Positions 10,517-24,203 of a stretch of 64,000 nucleotides of DNA are shown here, one piece after another. The translations under genes and the position numbers were made by a program. The notes under the pieces are model-generated. The model saw only the letters and a list, made by a program, of their open reading frames with translations. It was not told the origin of the DNA and searched no databases. Source of the DNA: an uncultured Solirubrobacterales bacterium (GTDB taxonomy: Bacteria; Actinomycetota; Thermoleophilia; Solirubrobacterales; Solirubrobacteraceae); assembly GCA_963804555.1 (NCBI GenBank), contig CAWDQX010000008.1, forward strand, positions 9,813 to 73,812, read 5' to 3'. The stretch's first letter is position 1. Each line of letters opens with the position of its first letter.

Positions 10517-11177
10517 CCGACCGCATCTGCACCTGGCACCGTCGCTCACCGCGCCGACCGCGACCCCGCCTCGGCGGCCCTGCCGATCCGCGTGGTTCTG
10601 GCCGACGAGCCACGCCCTGATGCGCCGCAGCCTGCGGCTGCTGCTCGATGGCGAGGACGAGCGTGGAGGTGATCGCCGAAGCCGAGGACCTGGCGTCTGT
10701 CGTGCGCCACGTGGAGGGTCATCGGCCACAGGTGCTGCTGCTCGATCTGAGCATGCCCGGCGGGCTCGAGCGTCGAAACGATCGGCAAGTTGCGCGAGCG
10801 GGCGCCGGACGACCCAGGTCGTGGCGTTGACGATGGAGGACAACCCGGTGTTTGCGCAGCGGGCGTTTGCTGCCGGCGCCGTCGGGTTTGTGATGAAGGA
10901 GCGATCCGACGCCGAGTTGCTCCAGGCGATACGTTCGGCTGCCCGTGGCGAGGAGTACATCAGCCCACAGGTGGCCGCCCGTTTGGACGCTATTGCACCG
11001 CTCGCTCACCGAGGACGAGTTGACCTCGCGCGAGGTCGAGGTTCTACGGCTGATCGCGCTTGGATACACGAGCGTCGAAATCGCGCGCAAGCTGCACATC
11101 TCCCCGCGCACGGTGGAGACACACCGCGCCCGCATCTCTCACAAGCTCGGTCTCGCCACGCGGGCCGAACTGGTCCG

Positions 11178-12931
<1,754 letters not shown>

Positions 12932-13039
12932 TCCACCAGGGAGCTTAGCGGCACGTAGTTCCTCTCCCGACGTAGTTATCCCTCACGACGGTTTTCTTCG
13001 GCTGACGGCGCGATCTGCCGCAACCTAGGCTGCGTTCTC

Positions 13040-14194
13040 ATGAGCCACCAACAGCCCCGAATCCCGAGAAGCTCCGCGTGGTCATCGTCGGCGGCGGGGT
13101 GGCCGCCCTGGAGACGTGCGCTCGCGCTCGCGCACCTCGCTCCTGAACGCACCGATGTGACGCTGATCGCCCCCAACCCAGAGTTCGTCTATCGCCCGAT
13201 GACCGTCCGCGAGCCGTTTGCCGGCGGCACGGCCGACCGCTATTCCCTGCAGCGGATCGCAACCGACGCGAGCGCAGAGCTGCTGGCCGGCGAGCTGGAC
13301 TGGATCGACCCCGAGCGGCAAACGATCCACACCAAGACCGGCGAGGCGATCGAGTACGACGCCCTGGTGCTCGCGCTCGGCGCGCATGTGCACCCGCGCT
13401 ACAAGCACGCGATCACGATCGACGATCGCCACATGGACGAGACCCTGCACGGCCTGATCCAGGACATCGAGGGCGGCTACATCCACAGCCTCGCGTTCGT
13501 GGCGGCGGACCGCATGGCCTGGCCGCTGCCGCTGTATGAGCTTGCGCTGATGACCGCCGGGCGCGCATATGACATGGGCGTCGAGCTTTCGACAGCGATC
13601 ATCACGCCAGAGGACAGCCCGCTGGCGGTCTTCGGCTCCACGGCGAGTAAAGCCGTCGCCGAGCTGCTCGGGAAGGCGAGCATCCAGACGATCAACACCC
13701 CCCACGTGGAGGTGCCGAGTCCGGGGGAGGTGGTGATCGCCGCCGGTGAGCGTCACCTGCGGGTCGACCGGGTGATCGCGCTGCCCGAGCTCTACGGGCC
13801 CTCGCCGTGCGGGGCATCCCGCTGGGCGAGCACGGTTTCATCCGCGTCGACCCTCATGGGTGTGTGCCCGGTGTGGAGCGCGATCTACGCGGCCGGCGAT
13901 GCGACCGACTTCCCCGTCAAGCACGGCGGCATCGCTGCCCAGCAGGCCGACGTGGTGGCGCAGTCGATCGCCGCGCTGGCCGGCGCGGCCGTGACGCCCG
14001 AGCTGTTTCACCCCGTGATTCACGGGATGCTGCTGACCGGCGAGGAGCCTGTCTATCTCACCGCGGAGATCGTCGGCGACCATCGGCCAAACTCCAAGAT
14101 CAGCGACACGCCCACCTGGTCACCGCCGAGCAAGATCGTCGCCCGCTACCTCGCTCCATACCTCGAGGCGCTCGACCACGAGCTCGTCGTTTGA
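13040..14194 (+). CDS. FAD-dependent oxidoreductase (SQR/pyridine nucleotide-disulfide family-like), short frameshifts
   Basis: VVIVGGGVAALE in an alternate frame, YDALVLALGA, IYAAGDATDFPVKHGGIAAQQA. Confidence 0.8.
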   Translation: MSHQQPRIPRSSAWSSSAAGWPPWRRALALAHLAPERTDVTLIAPNPEFVYRPMTVREPFAGGTADRYSLQRIATDASAELLAGELDWIDPERQTIHTKTGEAIEYDALVLALGAHVHPRYKHAITIDDRHMDETLHGLIQDIEGGYIHSLAFVAADRMAWPLPLYELALMTAGRAYDMGVELSTAIITPEDSPLAVFGSTASKAVAELLGKASIQTINTPHVEVPSPGEVVIAAGERHLRVDRVIALPELYGPSPCGASRWASTVSSASTLMGVCPVWSAIYAAGDATDFPVKHGGIAAQQADVVAQSIAALAGAAVTPELFHPVIHGMLLTGEEPVYLTAEIVGDHRPNSKISDTPTWSPPSKIVARYLAPYLEALDHELVV

Positions 14195-14204
14195 CCTCGC
14201 CCGG

Positions 14205-14226
14205 CTCACTCACTCACTCACTCACT
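14205..14226 (+). repeat. (CTCA)5 microsatellite between convergent genes
   Basis: ctcactcactcactcactcact. Confidence 0.7.
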
Positions 14227-14246
14227 ACCATCATCACCTCGCCGCC

Positions 14247-15936
14247 TCACCGCTCCCACACGTGCACGACGTTCGAGTTACCTGCCAGGAATGGGAAGTC
14301 CGCTTCGCGTTCGCAAACGACCCGGAATTGGTAGCGGACAGGACCGGGGAACGTAAAGCGGTGGGTCGCCCGGAAGCTGCCGTGGGCGTCGACGGTGGCG
14401 TTGTGGAATTCGATCCAGGAGCCACCTGGCACACGCGCCTCGAACAGGACCTGCTTTCCACCTGGAGGAATCGCGCCCGCGAGCTTGCCGTCCAGGATGA
14501 TCGTCCGACCGACGCTAGTGACATGCGGCGAGACCATCAGATGGATGCTGGCGGGGACCTGCAGCGTGAGCGTCCGTGTCGCCGCAGGCGTGGCGTCGCC
14601 GAGATGGCTGCGATAGACGAGTTGGATGCTGCTCGACGAACTGGAAGAGGGAAGATCGATCGTGAAATTGCCCTGTGGGTCGGTATGCGTGCCGGCGATC
14701 GAGGAAGCCGCCGCGCCGAGCGACGCGGGCTTCTGGCTCGCTTCGATCAGCGCGCCGGCGATCGGCGACGCCGGCCGTCGTGGTCAGCTTGCCGGTGAGC
14801 ACGTGCGAGCGTCCGTATGCGCTCGTCAACCGGCTCGCGGATTTACCCGACTTGCCCTTCCATTGCGCCGTCAGGAGTGCGCTTTCCGAGGCGGGCGTGC
14901 CGTTTGCGGGACCACGAACCGGAACTGGCGTCCCCGGCGCCGTCACGCCCAGCACCGCCGCCGGGTCGTTCGCGATCGTGATCGCGTGTTCGTAGACGAC
15001 GGCGGTGTTGCCCGCGGCGTCTTCGACTTCTACCTCGAGCTGGTGCTGGCCGTCCGCGATCGACGCGGTCGGAATCTCGATGTTGACGGCGGTTTCCTGT
15101 GGGCATGGCTGGTGCCAGCGGAAGTTCAGCGCACCGTGGTAGCTGCCGTATGCCACGCACTCGCCCTGGTTGAGGTTCGGGGTGGCCGCCCACAGCACCT
15201 GGCCGTCGAGCAGGGCGCTCACGCGGTAGACACCTGGGCCGTTTTCGTCGTGAGCCTCGAACACGAGGCTGGCGTTGCCGCTGGTCGGATCTTCCAGCAG
15301 GCTTCCGGCGAATCCGGACCCGGTCGGCGTTGATTCGTGGTGCAGCACGATCGTGGCACTTGTGATTTCGAGCTCGGCATTGGTGGTGTGGCTCGAACAT
15401 TCGCTTTTTGTCGGAATGCATACCGCGCTGGCAAGTAGCCCCGTGCTGCCGGACGTAGACTTAGGTAGTTCGATCGGTTCTGCTGGGCTGGGTCGGCAGC
15501 TCGTGCATGTAAAGATTGATGACGACCCTGGAGTAGAGGTGATGTCCGCATAGCCTTCGGGGGTGTTCGCACTGACCTCCAGCACGCCGCCCGCGATGGT
15601 GGAGTTCGCCGGCGCTTCATATATGTACGCCGGCCCGCTGTCGGCCTCTGTGTCGAGGGTGCCTTCGTCCCTGAGTAGAAGCGAGCCGTGTGGGTCCGAG
15701 CAGATGTTGATAGGGGCATAATTTTCGGGGTAACCGCCCTCCGTTCCTGCTCGCCAGCCTTCGGTGGAAGCGGTTTCTTCGCCTTCCGAGCAAGAGGTTT
15801 CCGCCCAATAGCCAGGGAGCCCGGACGGTGGCGCGGCCGCGGCCGCCTGCGCCGTGACTACGCAAGCCACGCAAGCCGCTGAGAGAGCGATCGCGGCGGC
15901 GGCCAGCACCAGCGTCTGCGGGCGGGAGCGTCGCAC
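14247..15936 (-). CDS. Secreted multi-domain protein, paralog 2 (frameshift near 14770)
   Basis: Signal peptide; Ig-like DGQHQLEVEVEDAAGN; C-terminal domain ending READFPFLAGNSNVVHVWER. Confidence 0.7.
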
Positions 15937-15945
15937 CGCCGGCGC

Positions 15946-17675
15946 TCACCGCTCCCACACGCGCACTACGTTCGAGCTCCCCGCCAGGAATGGGAAGTCC
16001 GCTTCGCGCTTACAGACGACGCGAAATTGGTAGCCGATGGGGCCGGCGAACTTGAAGCGATAGCTCGCCCGGTAACGGCCTCTCGCGTCGGTCGCGAGCG
16101 TGTCGAACTGGAGCCATTCATGCCCTGGTGAGCGCGCCTCGAGCACCAGCTGCTTGCCGCCCGGCGGGATCGGCGCGCCATGCACCATGCCGGTGAAGAT
16201 GATCCTGTGGTGGGCGCTGCTGACGTGCGGTGCGACCGTCAGATGGACGCTGGCGGGGACCTGCAGGGTAAGCGTCCGTGTCGTCGCAGGCGTGGCGTCG
16301 CCGAGATGGCTGCGGTAGGCGAGCTGGATGCTGCTCGAGGCATCGCCCAGCACGTGGATCATGAAGCTGCCGCCGGTGCCGGTGTGCGTGCTCGCAAGCG
16401 AGGATGTCATCGCGCCGAGCGATAACGGCTTCTGGCTTACTTCGATCAGCGCGTCGGCGATCGGGACGCCGGTCGTCGTGGTCAGCTTGCCGGTGAGCAC
16501 GTGCGAGCGTCCGTAGGTGCTCTTGAGGCTGGCGGTAGAGGTTTCCTGCCAATGCGCTGTGAGGACCGCATTTTCAGAAGCAGGCGTGCCGTTCGCCGGG
16601 CCGCGAACTGGGGCCGGCGCGGGCGCCGGCTGGAGGATCGTGGATACCAGATGATTCGCGGTAATCAGCGTGCCCGAGTACACAGTGGAGACATCTCCGG
16701 CGGCGTCTTCGACTTCTACCGTGACGGTGTGCGTGCCGTCGGCGAGGATGGCTGTGTGGATTTCCGCGTGAACTGCCGTTTCGGTTGGGCATGGCTGAAA
16801 GGCGTCGAACACGCGGACACCCGCAGTTGTGCCGGTCGGGACACATTTCCCTCCATTGTCGTTTGGCGTTTCTGCCCACACCTGATTGCCATCGACCTTC
16901 ACCCGTACCTGATAGACGCCGGGACCGGGATCGGTGGCGGTGAAGTTCAAGGTGCCGGGACCGCTAACGGTTTCGCCTGTAAGGCTGCCGGTGAATCCTG
17001 AGCCTTTTGGCGTGGCTTTGGTAGCAAAGATGAATTCCGCGCTGGAGATGTCCGCTTCGGCAGAGTAAGCGTAGTCGCCTTCGTGTTCCCACTTGCTCTC
17101 GTCGGGCGGATGACAGACATATGGAGGTTCGGTGGTGGCGACACAGCTGGCTCGAACGTACACTTCGCTCGCGCCCGCCGGGATCGATACTTCGCCTTCG
17201 TATTCTTCGCAGTCTGGATACTCACAGAGCTTGCTCACCGCCCGTTCGGCGACGATCGAAACGACGGAGGAAGAGCCGTTGCGAGTTTAAGCCTCGCCTC
17301 GACTTTGCCGCCCGCGATTATCGAGCCAGCCGGCGGCTTGTAGATCCACCCCTGTCCCGCGAAATCTTCGTCGCCGCTGTAGGGCGTGGCGTGGACCGTG
17401 AGCCCGCCTTCGCCGCCCTCGGCGACTTTTTCGCAGTACGCGTGCGGCGGTTCGGGATAGCCGTAGTACGCCTTCGCTTCCCAGCCTTCGGGCGCGATGT
17501 ATTCGCCGTCATACGAGCACGAGCGCTCCACCCATGCACCGGCCCGCGCCGCGGGCGCCAGCGCGAGCATGCAAGCAATCGCCGCGAGCATCCAAGCCAC
17601 CACCGCGAGCGCAGCCATCGCCGGCAACAGCGCTCGTTGGGAGATACGTCGATTGCCCGCCACGATCTGACTCAT
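15946..17675 (-). CDS. Secreted multi-domain protein, paralog 1 (frameshift near 17240)
   Basis: RBS + MSQIVAG..signal peptide APAARA; DGTHTVTVEVEDAAGD; C-terminus READFPFLAGSSNVVRVWER. Confidence 0.7.
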
Positions 17676-17769
17676 GGGACTCCTTCCCGGTTGGATCGGC
17701 CGCTCTGCCGGCAATCCCAACTGTTGCCATTAAACATGCTTTTTCGTCCCTAATCAACGTTTATAGGGA

Positions 17770-17826
17770 GGGTCAAGCGACGACATCACTCGATTGAGAG
17801 GGGGGTCAAGCGAGGACTTCGCTCGA
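17770..17826 (+). repeat. 24-bp direct repeat pair in a divergent promoter region
   Basis: GGGTCAAGCGACGACATCACTCGA (17770-17793) and GGGTCAAGCGAGGACTTCGCTCGA (17803-17826). Confidence 0.7.
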
Positions 17827-17908
17827 CATAGGGCACGGGGGGCGATTGCGCCCTGATCAAACGCAACAAAACATGACTAAACATGACCAAATGGAAAGGA
17901 ATCCAGTC

Positions 17909-19060
17909 ATGAGGAAGAGAAAGTGGGAGAGAAGGTCTTTATGTGCCCCGGGCCCGGCTGCGATCGTCTGCGGCCTGACGCTGGCAGCGCTGGCGGTGCT
18001 GGCGCCCGCGGCGGCGCTTGCCGACACGATGTCGCTCGGTCTCTCCAGAGAAGCCGTACAGAGCGCCACGACGCAAATCACCTACACCGCCAGCAGCGAG
18101 GAACTGGGGTTCGTCACGCTCGCGGTCAACAATGCCGACGTGCCGTGCGGCTCCACGCCCGAAGCGGATGCCGGCACCGGCTTGCTCGAGCCGGCCCTCC
18201 TGACCCTGGGTCAAACAGGTGTGTACTCGGGCTCCGTGAACTACACGCCGTCTGAACCTGGCGTCTTCATCGCCTGCGGTTGGGTCACGGGCTACGGGGT
18301 AGGGGGGACGACAGGCGGCCCGACGATCTCCTCCGCATCGCTGCCGATCGAAGTCCGCCCGCCGCACATCTCGCTCGCCCTGAGCTTGGCGCACCCCGTC
18401 ACGGTAGCCAAGCAGTTCGCGCTCGATCTGACCGTGACCAGCGAGGTCCCGCGGGAGGTGATCGTCGCCGGTGTGGCATACACGCCGGCTGGTTGCCCCG
18501 TGGACAGCGCCGCGAGCACCGCGCAGCACCTGATCGACAGCGTGTTCGAAGGCGGTCCCAGTCTGAAGTCGGTCACCGTGAACGCGCTGCCCGCCGGCAG
18601 TCGCTGGATCTTCTGTGCGTGGGCGGTCGTTCCCGGTGCCCTCAATCCACAGGCCACCACGTCGCTGGTGGTAAACATTCCGCGCTCGAAGCCGCGCTCG
18701 CTGCCGCGCTCCAAACCCAAGCGCCGCAAGCAGAAACCTAAGCGCAGCAAGCAAGGACGCGCCGTCCGCGAGGCTCACGCTTGTGGCACCGTGCCCTACT
18801 ACAGGATGACCGGGACGATCCGGGCGACGGGAATCTCCTGCAAGCAGGCCGACGGTGTCTTTCTTGCGGTCGAGGAAGCGCCGTTGTCGAGCGATATCTT
18901 GGAAACGCCGTATTACACCTATAGCCGGCCCTACAGCGTGAGCACTGAAGCGGGTCGCTTCACCTGCCGTCGCGAGCCGTTTGGATTGGCCGGGAGCGAG
19001 CACAATATTCACTGCAAGCAGGGACAGGCCAGCGTCTCCTGGTACACCTGGCAGGATTGA
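17909..19060 (+). CDS. Secreted hypothetical protein with two internal beta-rich repeats and a Cys-containing C-terminal domain
   Basis: Signal peptide (LAPAAALA); two units each with C..(A/F)C(G/A)W; Lys/Arg-rich linker. Confidence 0.65.
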   Translation: MRKRKWERRSLCAPGPAAIVCGLTLAALAVLAPAAALADTMSLGLSREAVQSATTQITYTASSEELGFVTLAVNNADVPCGSTPEADAGTGLLEPALLTLGQTGVYSGSVNYTPSEPGVFIACGWVTGYGVGGTTGGPTISSASLPIEVRPPHISLALSLAHPVTVAKQFALDLTVTSEVPREVIVAGVAYTPAGCPVDSAASTAQHLIDSVFEGGPSLKSVTVNALPAGSRWIFCAWAVVPGALNPQATTSLVVNIPRSKPRSLPRSKPKRRKQKPKRSKQGRAVREAHACGTVPYYRMTGTIRATGISCKQADGVFLAVEEAPLSSDILETPYYTYSRPYSVSTEAGRFTCRREPFGLAGSEHNIHCKQGQASVSWYTWQD

Positions 19061-19104
19061 GGTCAGAGAGCGCCGAGTGAGGTCGGGGGAACGCGCGGCC
19101 CCGC

Positions 19105-19548
19105 TCACTCCGCTGGGCCGGCGAGCTTGCGCAGCAGGCCGAAGAGCGTGTCGCGCTCCTCGGCGCTGAGCGCCGCGAAGAACTCGCGTTGCAGCTCGCC
19201 GGCGAGCGCTCGCACTCGCTCCAGCGTCTGCAGGCCGCGGGCGGTCAGGAAGATCGTCCGCGCTCTGCGGTCGTTGGGGTCCGGGCGGCGCTCGGCCAAT
19301 CCCTTCGCTTCCAACTCATCGATCACCGCGACCATCGAGCTCGGGTCGATCGCGGTCTTTTCGTGCAGCAACTGCTGGCTGCACCCCGGCTGCGCCGCCA
19401 CCATCGTCATCACCCCGAAGTCACGCGGATGCAGGCCCTCAGGCTCGAGCGCCTTGTGGAACCGCCGCCTGGAGGACTCCCCCAAGCGGGCAAGCAGATA
19501 GCCGGGAAACATCGTCAGGGCTCCCGGAATCGGGCCATCCTCCCACAT
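19105..19548 (-). CDS. MarR family regulator
   Basis: IDPSSMVAVIDELEAKGLAERRPDPNDRRARTIFLTARG. Confidence 0.92.
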   Translation of the reverse strand: MWEDGPIPGALTMFPGYLLARLGESSRRRFHKALEPEGLHPRDFGVMTMVAAQPGCSQQLLHEKTAIDPSSMVAVIDELEAKGLAERRPDPNDRRARTIFLTARGLQTLERVRALAGELQREFFAALSAEERDTLFGLLRKLAGPAE

Positions 19549-19612
19549 GCATGTCTATGCGGTCCTCCAACATGCTCGATTCGTCCTCCCACATACACGA
19601 CATTCTACGTGC

Positions 19613-19643
19613 TTTATATTGTTTGTGATACAAATAATCTAAA
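19613..19643. promoter_or_regulatory. Probable MarR operator
   Basis: AT-rich imperfect palindrome TTTATATTGTTTGT-gat-ACAAATAATCTAAA between divergent marR and MMPL genes. Confidence 0.65.
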
Positions 19644-19736
19644 GATCAAACGACCTGTCGGACGCATCGATGACTTTCAGCCCGAGCATCGGTCTCAGAG
19701 ACAGACGGCAAACCGAACGAAGACGAAGGGACGCAC

Positions 19737-21894
19737 ATGGCACCGCTAACTCGCTGGGTTCTGGCTCACAAGCGCACCGTGGTCATCTTCTGGGTGGCCT
19801 TGACCCTGATCGGCATGGCCTCGGCTTCCTCGGCGACCAAATCGCTCAAACAGAAGTTCTCGGTGCCCGGCAAGGAAGGCTTCGTCACCAATCAGCAGAT
19901 CGCACACGACTTCCATGGCACCGGTGGCAACGGCGACCCGCTGCTCGCGGTGGTGACCCTGCCGAGTGGGACGTCGGTCAGCTCTCCCGTCGTCGAAGGC
20001 GAACTGCGGGCGATCGAATCGCGCCTGCAGCGCACGCTGCCGGGCACGCGCCTGGCCGGCTATGCGAGCACTCATAGCCCGGCGTTTCTCTCGAGCGACC
20101 GGCACACCACCTTTGTGATCGCCTACCCGCCGCCGGATCCCAAGCAAGCTTTCGAAGCCAACCCGGAAGCGGCCAAACACGCCACCGCGGCGCTCGCCGG
20201 TGCCAACGTCGCGGGCGCGCCGGTCCACCTGACGGGCTTTGACGCGCTGTCCGTGCAGAGCGGTGGCGGCAAGGGCCCCGGCGTGCTGCTCGAGGCGCTG
20301 CTGGGCGGCCTCGGGGCGCTGCTCGTGCTCGCCTTCGTGTTCGGCTCGTTCCTGGCGATCGTGCCGATCATGATGGCGATCGTCTCGATCCTGACCACGT
20401 TCCTGGTGGTCTGGGGGCTGACCACGGTGACCGAAGTCTCGCCGATCGTGCAGTTCCTGATCGCGCTGATCGGCCTGGGCGTATCGATCGACTACTCGTT
20501 GATCGTCGTCGTCCGCTGGCGCGAGGAGCGCGCCCACGGCCTCGAGCTCGAGGCGGCGATCGAACGCGCGATGCAGACGGCGGGTCGTGCGGTGCTGTTC
20601 AGCGGCAGCACCGTGGCGATCGGCCTGTTCGCGCTCGTCGCGCTGCCGGTCCCCTTCCTGCGCTCGGTCGGCTACGGCGGCATGCTGATCCCGCTGATCA
20701 GCGTGGTCGTCGCGCTGACGCTGCTGCCCGTGGTGCTGGCCAAGCTCGGCCCGCGCCTGGACTGGCCGCACCGCCGCAGCGACGAGATGGCCAGCAGCTC
20801 GTGGACGCGCTGGGCGGAGCTCGTCGTACGCCGCCGCTGGGTGGCCGCGCTCGGCGCGGCTGTCCTGCTCGCGGCGCTCGTGCTCGCCGCGAGCAGCCTG
20901 CAGCTGGGCATCTCGAACGTCAATACGATCGCCAAGCAGGGTGACGCCAAGCAGGGTCTGCTCGCGCTCGAGCGATCTGGCATCGGCTCCGGCGTGCTGG
21001 CGCCCAACGAGGTGCTGGTGAACGGCGCCTCCTCACCCGCGAGCGTGGCCCAAGCGCTCGCGGCGGTGCCCGGCGTGCACGGCGCGGTGGCGCCAGACTC
21101 GCCACAGTGGCGACGCCCCGGCGCGGCGGTCGTGGATGCGTTCTCGACCCCCGATGCCTCTTCGCAGGAAGGCCGCGACACGCTCGATCGCGTGCGCTCG
21201 GCCGTGCACGCGGCCGGTCCGGACGTGCACCTCGGCGGGCAGCCCGCCCAGAACGCGGACTTCATCAGCGCGGTCTACGGCAACTTCCCGCTGATGATCG
21301 CTTTGATCGCCCTGATCACGTTCATCCTGCTGGCGCGCGCGTTCCGCTCGCTGCTGCTTGCCGTTGAAGGCCGTCGTGCTGAACGTGATCAGCGTCGGTG
21401 CCGCCTGGGGCGTGCTCGACCTCGTCTGGCAGCGCGGCCACGGCTCGAGTCTGATCTGGGGCATCTCCGCGACGGGCTCGGTGACCGCGTGGATCCCGCT
21501 GATGGTGTTCGCGTTCCTGTTTGGGCTGTCGATGGACTACGAGGTCTTCATCCTGGCGCGCATGCGCGAGGAGTACGACAAGACCGGATCGACCGATACC
21601 GCTGTCATCCGCGGCATCGGGCGCACGGGACGGCTCGTCACGAGCGCGGCCTTGATCCTGTTCCTGGCGTTTGTCTCGCTGGCGTCCGGGCCGGAGACCG
21701 AAATCAAAGTGCTCGCGACAGGACTGGCCGCCGGCATCCTGCTCGACGCCACCGTGATCAGGGCGCTGCTCGTGCCCGCGGTGATCTCTTTGTTCGGACG
21801 CTGGAACTGGTGGCTGCCGCACCTCCCGGCACGGCTGCTGCGCGTCGAGCCCTCGCTCCCGCCGCGCACGGCACCCAGCGAGAGCGCCGGGTAG
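19737..21894 (+). CDS. MMPL family RND transporter (frameshift near 21360)
   Basis: GLGVSIDYSLIVVVRWREE, TAGRAVLFSG, FGLSMDYEVFILARMREEY, LDATVIRALLVPA. Confidence 0.92.
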
Positions 21895-21901
21895 TCACTG
21901 C

Positions 21902-22718
21902 TCAGACGCGCCGACCCAGAAAGTCGACGAGCGCGCGGGAGGCGCGCTCGGGTTGGTCGTCCCACACGAAGTGCCCGGCGCCCTCGAGCAATACGAGCTC
22001 CGAGTCCGGCAGCTCCTCGTGGAAGCGCTGCGCCATCTTCACGCCCGCGAATTTGTCATCCTCGCCCCACAGGATCAGCGCCGGAACGCCGAGCGCTGCG
22101 AGGCGACCTTCATAGGGAGCGAGCTTCTCGAAGTCGCCCGAGCGGTACAGCTCGAGGTGTGCGAGACGGCGCGTGTCGTCGGCGAAGCCCTTCCAGTACT
22201 CGTCGATCGCCTGCTCGCTCATGCCGCTCGAGAAAGCGCGCATCGCCCCGTGAAAACCGTCGCGCGTGTAAGCGCGAATCAGGTTCTCGCCATCGCCCGG
22301 GTGTACGCATCACGTTCGCCAGATCGTGCCAGCGCCGGTCGGCGAAGAAGCCGCTGTCGGAGATCGCCAGCGCTTTGACGGCGCCCGGGTGATCGCAGGC
22401 CCAGCGCAGCCCGATCATCGCGCCCCAGTCGTGGGTCACGAGCGCCACCGGACCGAGCTCGAGCTCTCTCACGAAGAGCTCGAGCGCCTCAACGTGCCGC
22501 TCCCATGTACCGGCCCCCGTCCCTGCCCCCGGCTCCGAGTCGCCATAACCTGGCAGGTCCGGTGCCAGCGCCCGCCAGCCGGCGTCCGCCAATGCGGGCA
22601 GCATCTCATGCCACATGTACGAGGACTCCGGGTAGCCATGCACAAGCAGCGCCACGCGGTCGTTCGAGCTCCCGGCCTCCCGGTAGGCAAGTCCCGCCGC
22701 GCGAGGCAAGCTCCCCAT
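21902..22718 (-). CDS. Alpha/beta hydrolase (haloalkane dehalogenase/epoxide hydrolase-like), frameshifted
   Basis: HGYPESS, PDLPGYG, HDWG nucleophile motif, ILWGEDD, AGHF. Confidence 0.88.
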
Positions 22719-22781
22719 GCGCCGCAGTCTAAGGGCAGGCCCTACCGCGGTCCAAGCTCGAGGCCCTAAGCTTCCCGGACC

Positions 22782-23530
22782 GTGGACCCCTCAATGCCGA
22801 GCAGGAGCAGCTGTGCGATCAGTCTCACTGGGACTTCTCTGATCTGCGCGCGCTCTACATCAACTGCACGCTCAAGCGCTCCCCAGAGGTCTCGAACACG
22901 CAGGCTCTCGCCGAGGTCTCGATCGCGATCATGGCGCGCAACGGTGTCTCTGTGGAGGTGATCCGCGCCGTCGATTGCGAGATCGCTACCGGCGTTCAGC
23001 CCGACATGACAGAGCACGGCGCCGAGCGCGACGATTGGCCCGAGATCTACGAGCAGGCCAAGGCGGCCGACATCCTGGTCCTGCTCTCCCCGATCTGGCT
23101 GGGCGAGAAATCATCGGTCTGCACGCGCGTGATCGAGCGGCTGTACGGCAACAGCCACCTACTGAATCAGCAAGGGCAGTGGGCCTACTACGGGAAAGCC
23201 GCAGGCTGCGTCATCACTGGTAATGAGGATGGCGCCAAGCACTGCGCGATGAACATCCTCTACTCGCTCCAGCACCTCGGCTACACGATCCCGCCGCAGG
23301 CCGATTCCGCATGGCTGGGCGGGGTCGGTCCCGGACCGAGCTACCTGGACGAGGGCTCGGGCGGCCCGCAGAACGACTTCACCAATCGCAACACCACCTT
23401 CATGACTTGGAACCTGCTGCACCTCGCGCGGATGCTGAAGGATGCGGGAGGCATCCCGGCGCATGGCAACCAGCCCGAGGCATGGGACGCCGGCTGCCGC
23501 CCTGACTTCCCAAACCCCGACTATCGCTAG
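22782..23530 (+). CDS. Flavodoxin-like NAD(P)H-dependent FMN reductase family protein
   Basis: In-frame upstream segment LRALYINCTLKRSPEVSNT; SPIWLGEKSS, GNEDG; exact start uncertain. Confidence 0.82.
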
Positions 23531-23563
23531 GTCAAACGACCCGCCGCCGGTCATACTCCGGCA

Positions 23564-24178
23564 ATGGCCCGCGTCGACATCGATCCCGCCGTCCTCGGCG
23601 GCGCCTTCTACTCCTTCCTGACCTCTGTGGTCGTGCCCCGGCCGATCGCCTGGGTCTCCACCCGCTCGCCTGGCGGGATCGACAACCTCGCGCCGCATTC
23701 TTTCTTCACCGTCTCCTCGGTGGACCCGCCGATCGTGCAGTTCACCTCTGTGGGGCGCAAGGACTCGCTGATCAACGTCGAGCAGACACGCGAGTTCGTT
23801 GTCTGCTTGGCGCCCGAGAGATTATTCGAGGAGATAAATGCGACGGGCACCGATTTCCCCGCCGAGGTGAGTGAGTTCGACGCGGTGGGAATCGAGCGCG
23901 AGCCAAGCTTACGCGTTGCTCCGCCCCGCGTCGCGCGCTCGCCGATGGCGCTGGAGTGCACACTGCATTCGACAGTGAACTTTGGGTTGGGAACAGTGGT
24001 GATGGGTCGCGTCGTACACGCGGTCGTGGACGAGGAGGTACTCGAGAACGGCCGCCCGGCGATCGATCGACTAAAACCGCTTTCGCGTCTGGGCGCAAAT
24101 GAGTGGGGCAATCACGGCCAAATCAGGGAGATAAGTCGCATTGCCTATCGCGACTGGCCCGGTCACTACAAAGAGTAA
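23564..24178 (+). CDS. Flavin reductase family protein
   Basis: VVPRPIAWVST...NLAPHSFF...KDSLINV motifs. Confidence 0.88.
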   Translation: MARVDIDPAVLGGAFYSFLTSVVVPRPIAWVSTRSPGGIDNLAPHSFFTVSSVDPPIVQFTSVGRKDSLINVEQTREFVVCLAPERLFEEINATGTDFPAEVSEFDAVGIEREPSLRVAPPRVARSPMALECTLHSTVNFGLGTVVMGRVVHAVVDEEVLENGRPAIDRLKPLSRLGANEWGNHGQIREISRIAYRDWPGHYKE

Positions 24179-24203
24179 AAACCCACAGGACCCAAAAGTA
24201 AAA

